Of a stretch of DNA of 64,000 nt, positions 38,589-53,199 are shown piece by piece. The notes beneath the pieces are model-generated. The model was not told the DNA's origin, did no database searches, and was given only the letters and a program-made list of their open reading frames with translations. The translations under genes and the position numbers were made by a program. Source of the stretch: Octopus vulgaris (taxonomy: Eukaryota). The stretch lies in the NCBI GenBank assembly GCA_951406725.2, contig OX597814.1:49972001-50036000 (forward strand). Direction: 5' to 3'. Position 1 is the first letter of the stretch. The number at the start of each line of letters is the position of its first letter.

Positions 38589-38870
38589 ATAATAATAATA
38601 ATACTAAACATCTACGCAACATCCCAGGAGAACCATGCTACAGAAAAATCCGAAAGATTTTTCTGACGCGTACTGCCCACATCCTTAGGAAAACCCTATC
38701 AATTTAAATGTATGTGTTGTATACATGACGATATTTCGCTACTACCATTGCCATTTCCAGTTTCCAAGCATTCAGTCATACTGTAACACCTCTTATCCTT
38801 CTTCATTCGCCCCAGGACGCTGAGTGTTCGCCGGCAAATGATTGTAACAAACATACAGATTATTGTTGTT
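38589..38870 (+). mobile_element. R4/Dong-type LINE extreme 3' end
   Basis: NIPGEPCYRKIRKIFLTRTAHILRKTLSI*, matching the C-terminus of ORF 40013-40483; preceded by (TAC)n(TAA)n. Confidence 0.7.
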
Positions 38871-39524
38871 GGTGTTAGTCGGAGCCAGAGCAATGCTATT
38901 GTTTGTGGTGGTGTTCATATCGTTGACCGAAGTAGCCAATAATGTTAAATAAGATTTTACATGACAGAAAATTACCGGAGACATAACACGTGTTGTTTAC
39001 AAATATTGACAACACGTGATATTTTCAGAATATTGACGACAAAATGTGCAGTCACGCATAAAATGATAGCTTCCAAATTCTGTTTCCTAACTAGGTGAAA
39101 ATGATCAAACCTTAAACCTCTATAACTTTTTAAAAACATTTTCTGGAAAAAATGAAGTAACTCCAGCAATTCAATTTGGGTAAGTATATTATTGTGCCAA
39201 AATTTAAGATTTCGGTAAACTTTAATTTTTGGAGTCGCTAGCAACCAAAACAGAAAAGGTCTCCAGGGGGTGACACACATGGATTTTGATCTTAACTGAT
39301 TGGAAGTGTTATCATGTACTCTGTTTTGTCTTGGTGTAAAACATGGGCTACAGCAAATATTCCACTCAATACCACAGATTTGCTGGTCACTTGCTTGACC
39401 TTACCAGTTGAGCATATGTCCCTTAGTGGCTGAATATATGTGCATCTCTGATCACAGGCAGAAGTAGTTGGGGAGCATCATTGCTATGTGTTGAGAAGAA
39501 TTCTTTGGGGTTTGAATAATTATA

Positions 39525-39686
39525 GGCGCAGGACTGGCTGTGTTGTAAGTAACTTGTTTACCAACTACATGGTTCTGGGTTCAGTCCCACTGCGTGTCAT
39601 CTTGAGCAAGTGTCTTCTACTATAGCCTCGGGCCGACCAAAGCCATGTGAGTGTATTTGGTAGAGAGAAACTGAAAGAAGCCCGTC
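39525..39686 (+). mobile_element. SINE family B 5' part (tRNA head plus CORE-like domain)
   Basis: GGCGCAGGACTGGCTGTG ... GGTTCAGTCCC ... CTTGAGCAAGTGTCTTCTACTATAGCC. Confidence 0.85.
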
Positions 39687-39702
39687 ATATATATATATAT
39701 TT

Positions 39703-40650
39703 TAACTGCAAAGACAAAAGCACATGAAAAGTTGCTAGCAGATGGGAACAGAAACCTCTGCATGGCAAGTATGTGGCCCGTAGCAAACAAGCTGATGTCG
39801 ACCAGAAACACACGCATCAATGGTTACGAAGCTAAGGGCTAAAAGCAGAGTGAAGGTTTCATATTAGCTGCTCAAGACCAAAGCTTATTAATCCGGAACT
39901 ACCAAGCCAATGTGATAAAAAATGGAGCTGACCCCAAATGCCGATTCTGTAACGATGAGATTGAAACTATAGACCACCTAATCTCAGGGTATAGAGTTTT
40001 AGACATGACAGAGTGGGACAGTATTTACACTGGACAATATGTCAGCATTATAAAATCAAAACCGCTGACAAATGGTATAAACACCATCCTGAAGCTGTGA
40101 CTGGGGAAGAAAATGTGTTGATACTCTGGGACTTCCCCGTACATACCGACAGAACTATAAAAGCTAATAAACCGGATATTATTATAAAAGATCAGGCAAA
40201 AAAGGCGTGTTTGTTAATTGACATGAGTATTCCTTGCGATCACAATACAGCAGCGAAAGAATTTGACAAGATCAGTAAATATAAAGACTTGCCAATAGAA
40301 ATTGAAAAAATGTGGCATCTCAAGGCGACTACAATACCAGTGATTGTAGGATATCTAGGAATGATAAAAAAAGGTACTGAAACCTATTTGAAAATGATAC
40401 CAGTCTTACCATCCCAACAGGAAGTGCAAAAAATCGTATTAACTGAAACGACTCATGTACTGAGAAAAGCATTATCGCTGTGAAAACAACATCCATTCGT
40501 GAATTTATATATTTATCAATTTTTTAAATACATATTCTACTTGTGAATTTGCGTGTGTAATCTGAGAATGCATACAATGAGCTCCTCTGCCCTAGGTGTA
40601 CGGAAAACACTCGGCAAGGAATGGAAGAAAATTTGAAGAAAGAAGGAAAA
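39703..40650 (+). mobile_element. R4/Dong-type LINE 3' part (CCHC + RLE + 3' UTR) ending in (AAC)n(AAT)n
   Basis: KPLHGKY, EGFILAAQDQ, CRFC..ETIDHLISG, ILWDFPVHTD, KPDII, LIDM, KISKYKDL, IPVIVGYLG. Confidence 0.92.
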
Positions 40651-40695
40651 AACAACAATAACAACAACAACAATAACAACAGCAACAACAATAAC

Positions 40696-40758
<63 letters not shown>

Positions 40759-40935
40759 ATTTACAATTTCGCTATAGATTCTTCGAAATATACCCGACAA
40801 CCGAAAGTAAAAAGAAGCATTTTAATTAACTCATCACATGTCGAAGAAATTGCACGACGAACCATAGTAACCCATTCACTAGACATTGAACATATTACAT
40901 CTCTGCTCCTCTCACAGATTGCTGAACTTAATATA

Positions 40936-41041
<106 letters not shown>

Positions 41042-41198
41042 GGCGCAGGAGTAGCTGTGTAGTAAGTGGCTACCAGCCACATGGCTTCGGGTTTAGTTCC
41101 ACTGCGTGGCACCTCGAGCAACAAACTTCTACTATTGCCTCGGGCCGACCAAAGCCCTGTGAGTGGATTTGGTAGACGGAAACTGAAAGAAACCCGTC

Positions 41199-41232
<34 letters not shown>

Positions 41233-41318
41233 AATAAGTCCGGGGGTCGATTTGTTCGACTAAAGGCGGTGCTCTAGCGTGGCCGCAGTTAGATGGCTGA
41301 AACAACTAAAAGAAAAAG
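41042..41318 (+). mobile_element. SINE family B with internal (TA)n and 3' tail
   Basis: tRNA head, CORE-like block, CCCGTCG(TA)n, then GGGGTCGATTTGTTCGACT ... GGCCGCAGT ... CTGAAACAA tail. Confidence 0.85.
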
Positions 41319-42171
41319 ATGTATATATGATTAACTATTTGTGGCAGAAGCAGTACTGATATCAAAAGGCAAATCTTTATATCCAACTTAACGAGGACAC
41401 TGAGTTAGAACTCCAATACAACGTTATATATATATATATAGAATTCCAGTGTCTATTCAGATATTGATATTGCAGATAGACAGTGGGCTTATTAAAAAGT
41501 AATTAATAGTGGCAAAAGCAATATTATTATAAAAAGTTAATATTTATATCCAACTTAATATGGACGTTGTATTGGAATACAAAATACTGCGCTATTTACC
41601 TTGAGAAGACATCTCATACGGATTCATGGTGCATAAATGCACTCGTATTTATATCATTGACAGACAATATATATACGTGTGTGCGCGTGTCTGCATGTAC
41701 GAGTGCGAGTGCGTGTGCGTGTGCATGCGCGCGTGTGTGCGCATGCGAGTATATGTATGTGTGCCTGCTCGTGATCTATGGTTAACAGTTCACTTAAGAA
41801 ATATCTACACTAGTGTAGGTGATGAAATATTACTGGCGCAGATTAACTTCCTTGCTGAAATGGCTTTTTAGTTCATCATTTGCACAGGGGGAGGGAAAGA
41901 TAATCTTATGAGAAAACCGATCGTTCTCAAATGTAATGAATATGATGTGTGCTGTTGTCTACCTTTAGTAATGAATAGGTGCGAGTATTGGAGGAGTTAG
42001 TTATCCGACCCATATTTCAATAGTTTTGGTAGGGACTAATTCTACGCCTACAGAGTAACAGTATTTTGTATTTCTTTTTTAACATACTGAAACGTTCAGA
42101 TATAACGCTTATATGTGAAGCATCGGTAGGATGTCTTTCGTCAATTTCGACCTAGAATCGAACTGTATATA

Positions 42172-42720
42172 TACAAACAGTGTCCAAGAAATGTATACAT
42201 ATATTCCACAGCTGATAGTTTACTTAATTTTCATGCCTATTTAGATTGATCCCATTAGAAACAATAAAGGGCATTATTCTAAGTTTCGAACAAAGGAAAT
42301 TTATTGAAAAGTGCGACTGGGAGTTCGAGAACACAATTAAAGTGCAAATAGAGTTTAGGAGAGGTTTTCAAACAGATATCTCAAGACTTACCATTAGTAC
42401 GCCGAATTAGAGATAAGCTTGAAGCAGATGGAACTGTTTAGAATGTCTACAAGAAACGATGAACGAACACCACAGAGCAACTATTGGTAGTGTTCAAGAT
42501 AATCTGTAACGCAAGCGAGTTGTGTGGTTGAAATTTCTAAACCAAGGTCCATCGCAGTTTGAAGTGCTGTCATTGGAAAAGTTACATTCTAAAAGTAGTC
42601 CACGCTCCCAATATTGATGATACGGATCGGAAATCAAGTTTGCGAGTGGCACTTAGCAAGAGGTATAGCTGTACAGTTTCAAGCTAAGATTGCTTGTTGT
42701 GATGAGGATCAACTTACTAT
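42172..42720 (+). pseudogene. Tc1/mariner-superfamily transposase remnant (DUF4817-like HTH)
   Basis: LSFEQRKFIEKCDWEFENTIKVQIEFRRGFQTDISRLTI..RIRDKLEADGTV. Confidence 0.6.
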
Positions 42721-43209
42721 CATAACTTACTTGCCTAACGAAGAAAACAGTCTTGGAAACCTACCAGAAAGACTAAAACCAAAGATTTGATGAGACAGAA
42801 ACCAACAAACCATTACACTTCCACAGTCTACACCAACTCAATTACAAACATCCTCAACATTACAAACACCTCAACAAATGAAAAAATATAACAATCCAGA
42901 CTACCAAAATGAACCACACACCCAAGGCATCGCTAATTACACGGTCATAGACACAAACAACAACTTAATAATACATGTTGAAAACTACACGGCCATCACT
43001 CTAAATGAATACATCGTATCCCCGCATACCACTATTCACATAAGAATTATAAAACAACGCAACAAGTAACAAACTGAAAGAAAAGCATATGTGGCCCAAT
43101 ATACCCATCATGACTACTCGTCTGATAAGGGTGTACCAGGCACATGCATCACAACCATATGGGTGTGACATGGTGATCTTATATCAAGATAAACAGCGCA
43201 TGATCTTGC

Positions 43210-43440
43210 AGAGCTCAAGGAGGTCGAGGCTTGATCCAGTTTGAAATCTGCTACAAAACCGCCACAATTGGACTGGCAAAATATCTTGAAACATCGAAAA
43301 ACTGGATGCTAAAGTGCGTTGAAAACCATAAAAGACACAAGAAGCTTCATTCTGTTGTGAAGGGGATCAAAACATTTTCAGGTGAGTTTATGCATAATAC
43401 CCAGGTTGAACAGTGTGACTGAAGTGCGGCAACAATAGTT
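43210..43440 (+). pseudogene. R4/Dong-type LINE fragment (post-RT region)
   Basis: RAQGGRGLIQFEICYKTATIGLAKYL. Confidence 0.7.
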
Positions 43441-43783
43441 TATACCAAGACAAAATAATGTACATGATAGCACTTCCGATGAGTTAAGATCAGAAGCCGT
43501 GAGAGCCACTGTCTCACTATTAAAGATATGTTGGGGGACGGATTAGCAGAGTCGCTATCATTAAAGCAACAGCAATAATGTCGTGATATTTTGTTGTGTT
43601 CCGTTATGAGTTCAATTCCTGCTGTCTTTTACTCTTCTGGAGTTGATAAAATTAAATACTACTCAAGTACCAGGGGTGATAAAATGTATTGTTCTCTTCT
43701 TTACAAATTTCTAGTCTTGTGCCTATATAAGAAATATTTATTAACATCATGTGAGGTATTCGTTGCTCTTTCATTACGTTTGT

Positions 43784-43837
<54 letters not shown>

Positions 43838-44487
43838 TTCATACGCACACATACACAGAAACACACCAGTGTATATGAACAAATATGCTGTTCATTCTAT
43901 AATATATATGCCTGTCTCTCCCCTTCTCTATATATATCTATGTATTTATGTATGTATTCATTGTGTGGGTGTGTATATGTGTGTATGTGTGTGCACGCGC
44001 ACGTGTGTTTGTGTGTCCAAAGTGTATGCATGTATATTCGTATGTTTTATGTATAATTTAAATAGCCGTCTTTTATAGATCGTTAAACACAAAACTTTCT
44101 CTGTGCTTTCCACACATAAAATGCATCTATGCTGTTTAGGAATGATGTAAGCAATAATTTCCCACACGGCATATCAACCACGTTAGTTACAGCTGGGTCC
44201 TCGTTAGTAAGTATATCATCTTGACATACAAACCAATTTAGATTTTGATGTATCCGACAACTATAGCCTTGCTCTTAAGTTCTGGCTTTTGGTTTCTATG
44301 AAAATCAAATATTGCTGACAAGTTGATTATACAGCTCCAACTTCGTTTCATAAAACTAGTCTCTTTCTCATTGTGCTTCTCTTTCTTTTTTTCTTCACTC
44401 TTTCTCTCTTCGCTCCATGTCCAGTGTTTCGTCATCTGTCTACATTCTGTTTCTTTTGTAAACACTCCTCTCTGTCTCTGTCTCTGT

Positions 44488-44550
<63 letters not shown>

Positions 44551-44695
44551 CAGCATTCACATTAGTATACTTCAGCACGACGATGAAACTAATTAAAATC
44601 CAAGTTTTAACGTAAATAAAATGCTTGTTACAGAGATGTTGTTGTTACTGCTACTGCTGATGAAGATGATGATGATGATGGGGATAATAATAATG

Positions 44696-44734
<39 letters not shown>

Positions 44735-44864
44735 TGGCGCCCCATGATACTGGGGGTGTCTTGGCAAGTGACTGTAACAAACATGCAGATTAATTGTATA
44801 TAAAATCATCATCATCATGATAATAATAATAATAATAACAACAACAACAACAACAGCAACAATA

Positions 44865-44914
<50 letters not shown>

Positions 44915-44918
44915 AATG

Positions 44919-44978
<60 letters not shown>

Positions 44979-44981
<3 letters not shown>

Positions 44982-46131
44982 TATCTCGTGCAATTGCAGT
45001 TGTTCGGTGTGTCGCTGGAATCCTGAAGTGGACAGATCTAAAGGAGATAGACAGGAAGTCAAGAAAGCTTCTAACGATGCATGTTGCCAATCACCCACGT
45101 GCGGGCACTGATCGCCTATACCTGACGAGAGCAAATGGAGGAAGAGGATTGATAAGTGTGTGAGACTGCGTGCGTATCGAACTCGTGAGCTTAATGAGAT
45201 GTCTAGCCCAATGTAAGGAAACCTTGCTAGTGACAGTTAGGAACGAGGGAGTATTGAAAGTATGAAAAAAAGGAAAGCAAAGGAAGAGATACAAAAAGGA
45301 CATGAAAAATTACGCAACAAGGGACTACACAATCAATTCCATTTACCCACAACAGAAGTTGCGGGGAAAAATAGGTGGGATTGGCTGACGAAAGGAATCC
45401 TAAAACAAAAAGACCGAAAGCACCATATTGGCAGCGTAAGACTGAGCTTTGGCCGCGAACTGGAGGATCAACCTTAGGAATGAGCGAGTGACTCCGCTGT
45501 CATATCTGCAACAGAGTGGGTGAAACCATTGCCCATGTCACAAACGAATGTCCTAGGCTTGCCCAAAACCACGACAATTGTTGTGACACGACCAGGTAGC
45601 GAAAGTGCTACAGTGGAAACTGCGAAAAGTTGGGGCTAGAGAGAGGCAAGATGTGGTATGAGCACAAACCGCAGAGAGTGGCAGAATAAGAGTCTAGTAA
45701 AATCAGATCAGGTGCTAGAGCATAACAGACCAGACCTAGTGGTGGTGGACAAGATGCACTACATATGCTATATAGTTGATGTTGCATGTCCCTTTCCACC
45801 CACGAATAGTCAAGAAGGAAGACGAAAAGATAGATACAACCCTCTTAAGTACGAAATAGCCCGGATATGGGAAATGAAGAAAGCGAAGATAGTGCCAATT
45901 ATTGTTGTGTCCTTAGGAACAGTATCAGAAGGCATCAAGGGGGATATAAAGGAAATTGGAATAGAGTGCCCAGTAGAACTGTTACAAAAGGTTTACCTCC
46001 TTGGCACCGCCAGAATAATCAGTGTTAGATAGCTGAAAAGAACGAATAGCATTATACTGTAGGCTGCATGTAGTGAGCTTGCTATGCATGTAAGACTTCA
46101 GGAGCTCCAACAAAACCTGTGACAAAGAGAA
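44979..46131 (+). mobile_element. 5'-truncated R4/Dong-type LINE inserted in (TAA)n
   Basis: HPRAGTDRLYLTRANGGRGL, HNRPDLVVVDK, IVDVACPF, KYEIARIW, IVPIIVVSLG; (TAA)n on both sides. Confidence 0.9.
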
Positions 46132-46206
<75 letters not shown>

Positions 46207-47089
46207 TTGTTTATTGGCGACATACATAGAAATTTAATGTTATAAGTAGTGTTACAAAAACATATGAGGATAAGCAAGACAAAATCATACAAAACGAGGG
46301 GATTGATATGGACGCTATATAACTGGCACATTTAATATTTGATAGAAATTAAACACATTGAATATATGATTATATAAATATGAACAATAATTATAACAAA
46401 CAGTACAGACAAAAAAGTAATACTTCAAACGAAGTATAGCCGTGAAAACAGCAGAAAGATTGGGTATTATTACCCTTATAGTACACAAAATAGTTGGCTT
46501 GTCCGTTGACAACTTTTTCCTGTCTTATAAGTGTAATGATATCCAATCCCTCTGCTGTTTTCACGGCTATACAGCGTTCGAAATATTATCTTCTTGTCTA
46601 TGCAATACGATAAACATTCGGCGCTTCTAAAAAGGAAAATAAAAGTTTGCTTACATATGTATAACAAGATATAATCAAAATATATGTTAAACACAAATAG
46701 GGCAGCCTACCCAAATATGGGTGGAAAACAACTTTCTAGGTCGGATCAAAACCTCAACAAGTCCTTACACCACAAGAAAGAAAATCAATATCGCTGCCAA
46801 TCTTTCTAGCAATGATTCTTCTATTCTGCCTCTCTTGATCGACTGTGGCATGAATCTGCAGACAAAAATGTGGAGTAAAAAACTCAGCTTGTTGTCCCCC
46901 GCCCCTGATTCTTTCCTTTACCCATTCAAGAGTACACTAGAAACTGCTATCGTTTTCGATAGGCAAAGGTATGTAACTTTTTTTTTTGTTATTTGTTCTG
47001 TCTGGAAGAAAAGTTAGTACCAGTAACTTTTGGAGGTCCTCTGAAACCGATGAACTTGACGTTGTTGATGTTCCGTTTAAACAGTTGCA

Positions 47090-47330
47090 AGTTAACAGGA
47101 GAGATATAAACAGATGGAAGGTTCTAATGGGCCCATGGTGAAGGACTGGGGATATTTTAATGCAGTGAGAGGGTTGAGAAGAGCGAAAGCATGCGGTCTG
47201 TGGATACCTCAGCAGAGACAGTACGAGGCATTATAGTAGCGATAGAAAGACAGAGAGAAGAATCCACACGTCTATTAGCCAGAGACTAGAATGTGTCTAT
47301 TAGTGATTTAATACCAAGCAATCTTACCAT
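47090..47330 (-). pseudogene. CR1/Jockey-type LINE 3' remnant
   Basis: SLANRRVDSSLCLSIATI-like C-terminal motif, similar to 56818-57045. Confidence 0.5.
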
Positions 47331-47810
47331 TCCTTCGTAGAATAAAAAAAAATGTCGGGCAAGGAGGCAGAATATTTCGTGCCATTTTGTAACTGTTCTG
47401 CAGTTATTTTGTGTTTTTGGCACATATTTACTTTTTACAGGTATCAACAAGAAGAAAAAAAAAGAAGTTTTTGTTATCGTCCTCATTATTGGTCACTGTT
47501 TGTGAAATTGTTGTTCTCCCTGCTTAAGGAAATGTCTGTGCTTGTTTTTTTTTCATTTGCTTGTGAAATTGTGTTTTGTATTCGTTTACGTGCTATCAAA
47601 ATGTTTGAAGATTTTTAAAGTGTACAAGGGTGTATCAGTGCTATTTCCTTTCTTGATATTTTATATCTCCAGTGTTCAAGACGAAGTAGCCATTTTAAAA
47701 ATATGTAAATAAATATTTTGAAAAATGAATAAAAAGACATTTTTGTTTACCCCAAGGTAACGGGCAGAACTTAAAAATCCACAGGTCTTTTTAAGCAACA
47801 ACAATAATGA

Positions 47811-48018
47811 TTTCAAATTTCGGCTCAAATTCCGCACGTTTGGGGGAGTATGTAAGTTGATTACATCGACCTCAGTGCTCAAATGGCACTTATTTAATCG
47901 ACCCCGAAAGGAAGAAAGGCACAATCGACCTCGGTGGAATTTGAACTCACAACGTAAAGACAGATGAAATGTGTTAAACTTTTTGCTGACGTGCTGACCA
48001 TTCTGCCAGCTCACCGCC
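47811..48018 (-). mobile_element. SINE family A (older)
   Basis: ATCGACCCCGAAAGGA ... TTTGAACTCA ... CTGCCAGCTCACCGCC. Confidence 0.85.
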
Positions 48019-48921
48019 TTAACAAAAGCAGCAATAATACAGGCTAGCAATTTTAGGGGAAGTGATAAGTCGATATCATCGACTCCTTGGCTGAGAGATG
48101 TTAGTTAAGTTGGGTTAACAAAAGTAAAAGCGTAAACATATACATCTACGGATATGTTGCTGCAAAATATGCAAAGCCCACTGGATGATAATTAATCAGA
48201 TTGGATAAGTTGTCATAAAATCTGATCGACTGAACCCTTATATTCTGTTTACTGTTCTCTTACAGATGACAATCAGAGACATGGGAAAAGTTTCATGTGG
48301 CTTGTAGTCACCTTAATATCGCAGTATGGGCGGGTGGTTAGTATAGTAGTGTTGAAATGATATGTGGTCGGAAGGGGTCGTGAGAGATTTGCAAATCTTA
48401 TTGACCTCCGAACATCACAACGCCCCTCCTCCAAACAACAGCAATCCCACCCTTCTCTGAATAATAATGAAGACAGTATGATGCGAGCAAAGAACCCTCG
48501 CGTAAGAAACAGAATTACATATTTGCTGTGCAAATATGTGACTTTTCTCTTGGAATAGACCCTCATCAACCTCATATTTTATTTCAAATATGAACGTAAA
48601 TGGAAGATGTTGCATTCCATTGAATTTGAAAAAGTGTTTGCAAAAGTGTCACGAATGACCCGCATCGTTCTCAACAAGTACATTTAGACTAGAGGTCACT
48701 AGTGAGAGAGGATGATAACCCCTTGCAATTGGTAATCAGGATAATTTTGAATCTGTTTTGTTCCTTGATTAGCTGTACGTAAATACCTCTTGAAACCTTT
48801 CATTTTCATATTTTCCGAATACTTTTTTCTTTCATGTATACCTCATTTTTCATGATCGACTCTGCGTTTTTGTATGTTTTATAATTTGCTTTCGATATAT
48901 CCATTTCTTCCGTAGCTCTTG

Positions 48922-49040
<119 letters not shown>

Positions 49041-49822
49041 CCATTATCGTTACTTATCATGTTTACTTATGCACATGCTGGTTGTTTCTTCTCATTGTTC
49101 TAATTGTTGTTAGTTGTTTCGTTACTTGAGTTTTCATAAAATATTCGTTCTTTTAAATGTTCTATTTCAGCTTCTGGCATTTTTTGGTTTTGACGATGCA
49201 TTTTTTAAAGTTAGGCCCGTCGCGTTCAGTGAAGTGCTTCTAAATATCATAACAATATATTGAAAATACAAGCGATGCTGTAAATTATGCATGTAGAATA
49301 GAAAGATGTTCTCATGTTCATTTATGCATCTGTTGTTTTATTAGCGAAACTTAAGGAATAAGGTCCATTCCTTTATTTAAAATTTCGGTAATTTCATTGG
49401 GTGTCGATGTATTTTGTTCCTTTGAAGTTGATTTTCGTGTGATAATTTTTCCGTATACTATGAGTATCAAATTCAAAGTATACAATTCACTATTTAAAGA
49501 AATATGGCTTAATGATATATTTTTAAAATTTGAATTATTTGTCATTTCTTTGTGACTGATCGTGGGGAGAAGAATCAATTTGGTATTACTATGGATCGTA
49601 GTTTAATAAGTTGTTTACACTTGGTATGAAGTACTATGTACATTTATAAAGCATCAATTAAATGTTGTAATGATCAATAAATTTCACAAAGTTATCCTTA
49701 GCATTTTGGCAAGTTTTTTGTCATATTTTTGTTACTTTTTGAATCATTGCTATTGGATATTGCTCAGAACCATCTATAGTGTTCTTTCTAGTCCATATAA
49801 CCTGTATTATTATTATTGTGAA

Positions 49823-50036
49823 GGTGGTGAGCAGGCAGAAACGTTAGCATGCCAGGCGAAACGCTTAGCAGTATTTCGCCCGTCGCTGCGTTCTGAGTTC
49901 AAATTCCGCCGAGGTCAACTTTGCCTTTTATCCTTTCGAGATCGATAAATTAAGTACCAGTTGAGTACTTGGATCGATGTGATCGACTGTCACCTCTTCC
50001 CACAAAATCTAAGCCCTGTGCCTATAGTAGAAAGGA
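49823..50036 (+). mobile_element. SINE family A
   Basis: GGTGGTGAGCAGGCAGAAACG ... GAGTTCAAATTCC ... GATAAATTAAGTACCAG. Confidence 0.85.
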
Positions 50037-50058
50037 TTATTATTATTCTTGTTGTCAA

Positions 50059-50192
50059 GGCGACGAGTTGACAGAATCGTTACCGCGCCGGACAAAATGC
50101 TTAGCGGCACATCATCTGGCTTTACGTTTTGAGTTCAAATGCCACCTGACTCGACTTTGCCTTTCATCCTTTCGGGATCAATAAAATAAGTA
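50059..50192 (+). mobile_element. SINE family A, 3'-truncated adjacent copy
   Basis: GGCGACGAGTTGACAGAATCG ... GCCTTTCATCCTTTCGGG. Confidence 0.8.
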
Positions 50193-50803
50193 CGAACCCA
50201 ATTGAAATACTACACTGAAGACGGAAATAAGTGAGTATAAATTAAAATTTTACATCTCTTTAATTTAGAAACGCATATATGGTTGATCAAAGCCGGGTGG
50301 ATTCGTTATTTTTTCTCTTTACCTACGTGAATTAAGAGTATTGCTGTCTGGGAGATATCTTATGGTTGAGGAATAGTATTTAACTGCTATTTCTACATTT
50401 CGGTATGTGGTAAAGTAATTTGCTGAACCCTAATTATAATTATGTTTATAATTAGGAAATTTTTGTATAAGGTTACCGATAAATGTTCTTTTAACATACC
50501 GAACTACTTGGTAAAAATTATTAATTATTAATTAATTAATTAATTTTACCCTTTATTATTATTGTACACATATATATATATATACACGCATATATATATT
50601 CTTTTACTATTTTAGTTGTTTCAGTCATTTGACTACGGCCATGATGGAGCACTGACATATACATACCCACAATTATATGCATGCATATTTCCATGCATAT
50701 ATACATATGTGTGTGAGTGGCTGTGATCATACCTACATACGTACATATCTGCAAACATATTTTCATATAAATTGCTCGACCTTATATGTAATTGTTCAAT
50801 GTT

Positions 50804-50893
<90 letters not shown>

Positions 50894-52198
50894 ATCAAAC
50901 AAAGAATTACAGGCTTCTGCATAAATATAATCATCTTCAATAGCATTTCTTTACACCATTAAAATGTTGAAATATATATTGCTCTGTGTTTATAACTGAT
51001 ATGCTGCTACCTATCAGTAGGAATCTTCAATTTACTGACAGATGCCATCTATATTGATTGAGAATGTGAGTAAGGTAACACAATGGATCTCCGCTTGTCT
51101 CAACTGTGCTATTGCTATTCCCATGTGTTTATCAAGATATAATTACATGAATTTATTTATGCGCAAATATCTCCTGATAATTGCCAGAAAGCAATAACTT
51201 TACGAGGTTGATGAGTTCAACACTGATGAAAACTGCCGTGTCTATTTTAAGAATTGTGAGGAAGAACAGAGGAAATTCTGTTTTTTTTACTTATTTTCTT
51301 TTGTTGAAATTATTAATTTTGATATCTATTTGTTTTCTTCACTGTTTGTAAACTATGTCAACGGAACTCTCTTTGAGTGAAAATCTACTGTTAGTATCTT
51401 TAAAATGAAGTATTAACAATAAAAAGGTTAACAATAAAATAATGACACGTATTTTTTATGAGTAAAAGAAAGATTTCTAAATATAGAGTATCTAGTGTTT
51501 TTTCAGGATGTTCCATTGTGAGGTTTTATCACTAACGTTTGTTCTGAACAAACAGTAAATATATTTATACATATTCATACCTATAAGCATCTGTATTTGC
51601 TCAATCTATATTTTAATGACGCAAATCATACTTGCCAAAAATTATTCATACCTCTGTATATGTAAACATCTGTCAATTGATCGGCAGACTCGTTAATGTG
51701 TTGTATGATAATGAAGAGTAATAGATAGAAACCAGTACATGGTTGTGCTTAGTAAACAAAAACCACACTTTACTCCCCTGGCTCTAAAAGCATGTAGGTT
51801 AAATTTTGTGAGATGATTTCTTACTTTTTTTTAAAACAGAAATTATTATTTTTTTTACATGAGAATCACCAAAAACTACTACGACATTTTTCATTTTCTT
51901 TCTGCAAGAAACAGAAAACTTAATTCATTAAGAATATGTTACTCACGGTATTCGGTGCATTATATTTTGGCTTACTTAAGTTAATCCCCCTCAGTTAGTA
52001 TTTCTTTTGTAATATGTTGAAGACCCGAAGTTGAATGAACTTCGCAAGATACACTGCATGATGGCGAAGTGTTTAAGGGTGTTATGCAACTTATGATCAC
52101 CATTTTCGAAGGCAGCTTTTTTTTCTCATTATTATATACACTTACCAGAGTATACCTTTGAGAAAAATTTTCGAAAATACGAAATTAGCAAGCAAAAG

Positions 52199-52301
<103 letters not shown>

Positions 52302-53199
52302 GAAGTAAACAAAGAACTTAAGTCAAAAGCAATTCAATTACAAAATTGTTCGAAAACTCCATAAAATCAGAGTGAAAAACTAATGCAAATTATTAATAAG
52401 GCAACGTTTCATAGGAAAATAGAAATTCTTCACCGAAGAGTGGTATGAAAACATGCTGATAAAGACAACGATTTTTCTCGAAATAAACAACTAACATTGG
52501 CATGGTGTATTGTGGGAAATGTTTTTTTTTTTTAGGGCTATATAGTTCCTTCCCTCAACGTTATTTTAAAACTTTCTTGCGTAAACATATTGCGTTAAAC
52601 TATATTCATTTAATATTTATCCCTTGGAATTTAAATATAAATTACATTTCCCGAAATATAGTGAGGTATATTGTTATTCGGTTTCTATTGTCTCTAAAAA
52701 AATACCGAATGTTCCAAGTTATAAAATATTAGATAACTTTCTTAACTTCAGACCATGATGAAATCCTACTAGTGATTCTGCATCATTGGCACGAAATTTT
52801 AGATAAGATTTTGAAAATAATATTCATAAAAGACTTAGTTGTGGGATTAAGAAGTTCACTTTGCAATTACCTGGTTAAGAATTCTATCCTACTGCGTGGG
52901 TACATTGGTCAAGTTTCTTGCACCAAGGCGTTGAATTCACCATATGAATGAAAGTTTTTGGAAGGAAACATGCAGTGGTCCGTCTATGTATGTATGTATG
53001 TATGTATGTATGTATGTATGTATGTATGTATGAATGCATGGTGTATGTGCAGAGCTCCAGCATGGCTCCAGTCAAATGACTGAAACGAATATAAGAATAA
53101 AATAACACTCACACAAACATACACGCACTCACACATCTATATATTACTCAAAGAAATTCTAACATTGATTTTCACGTTTTATTTACAATCTTATAATAT

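Noticed and set aside
43210-43440. Rearranged upstream half of the LINE at 39703
   Set aside because: It seems to precede 39703 in the element's protein but lies downstream; independent fragments of an abundant family explain this equally well
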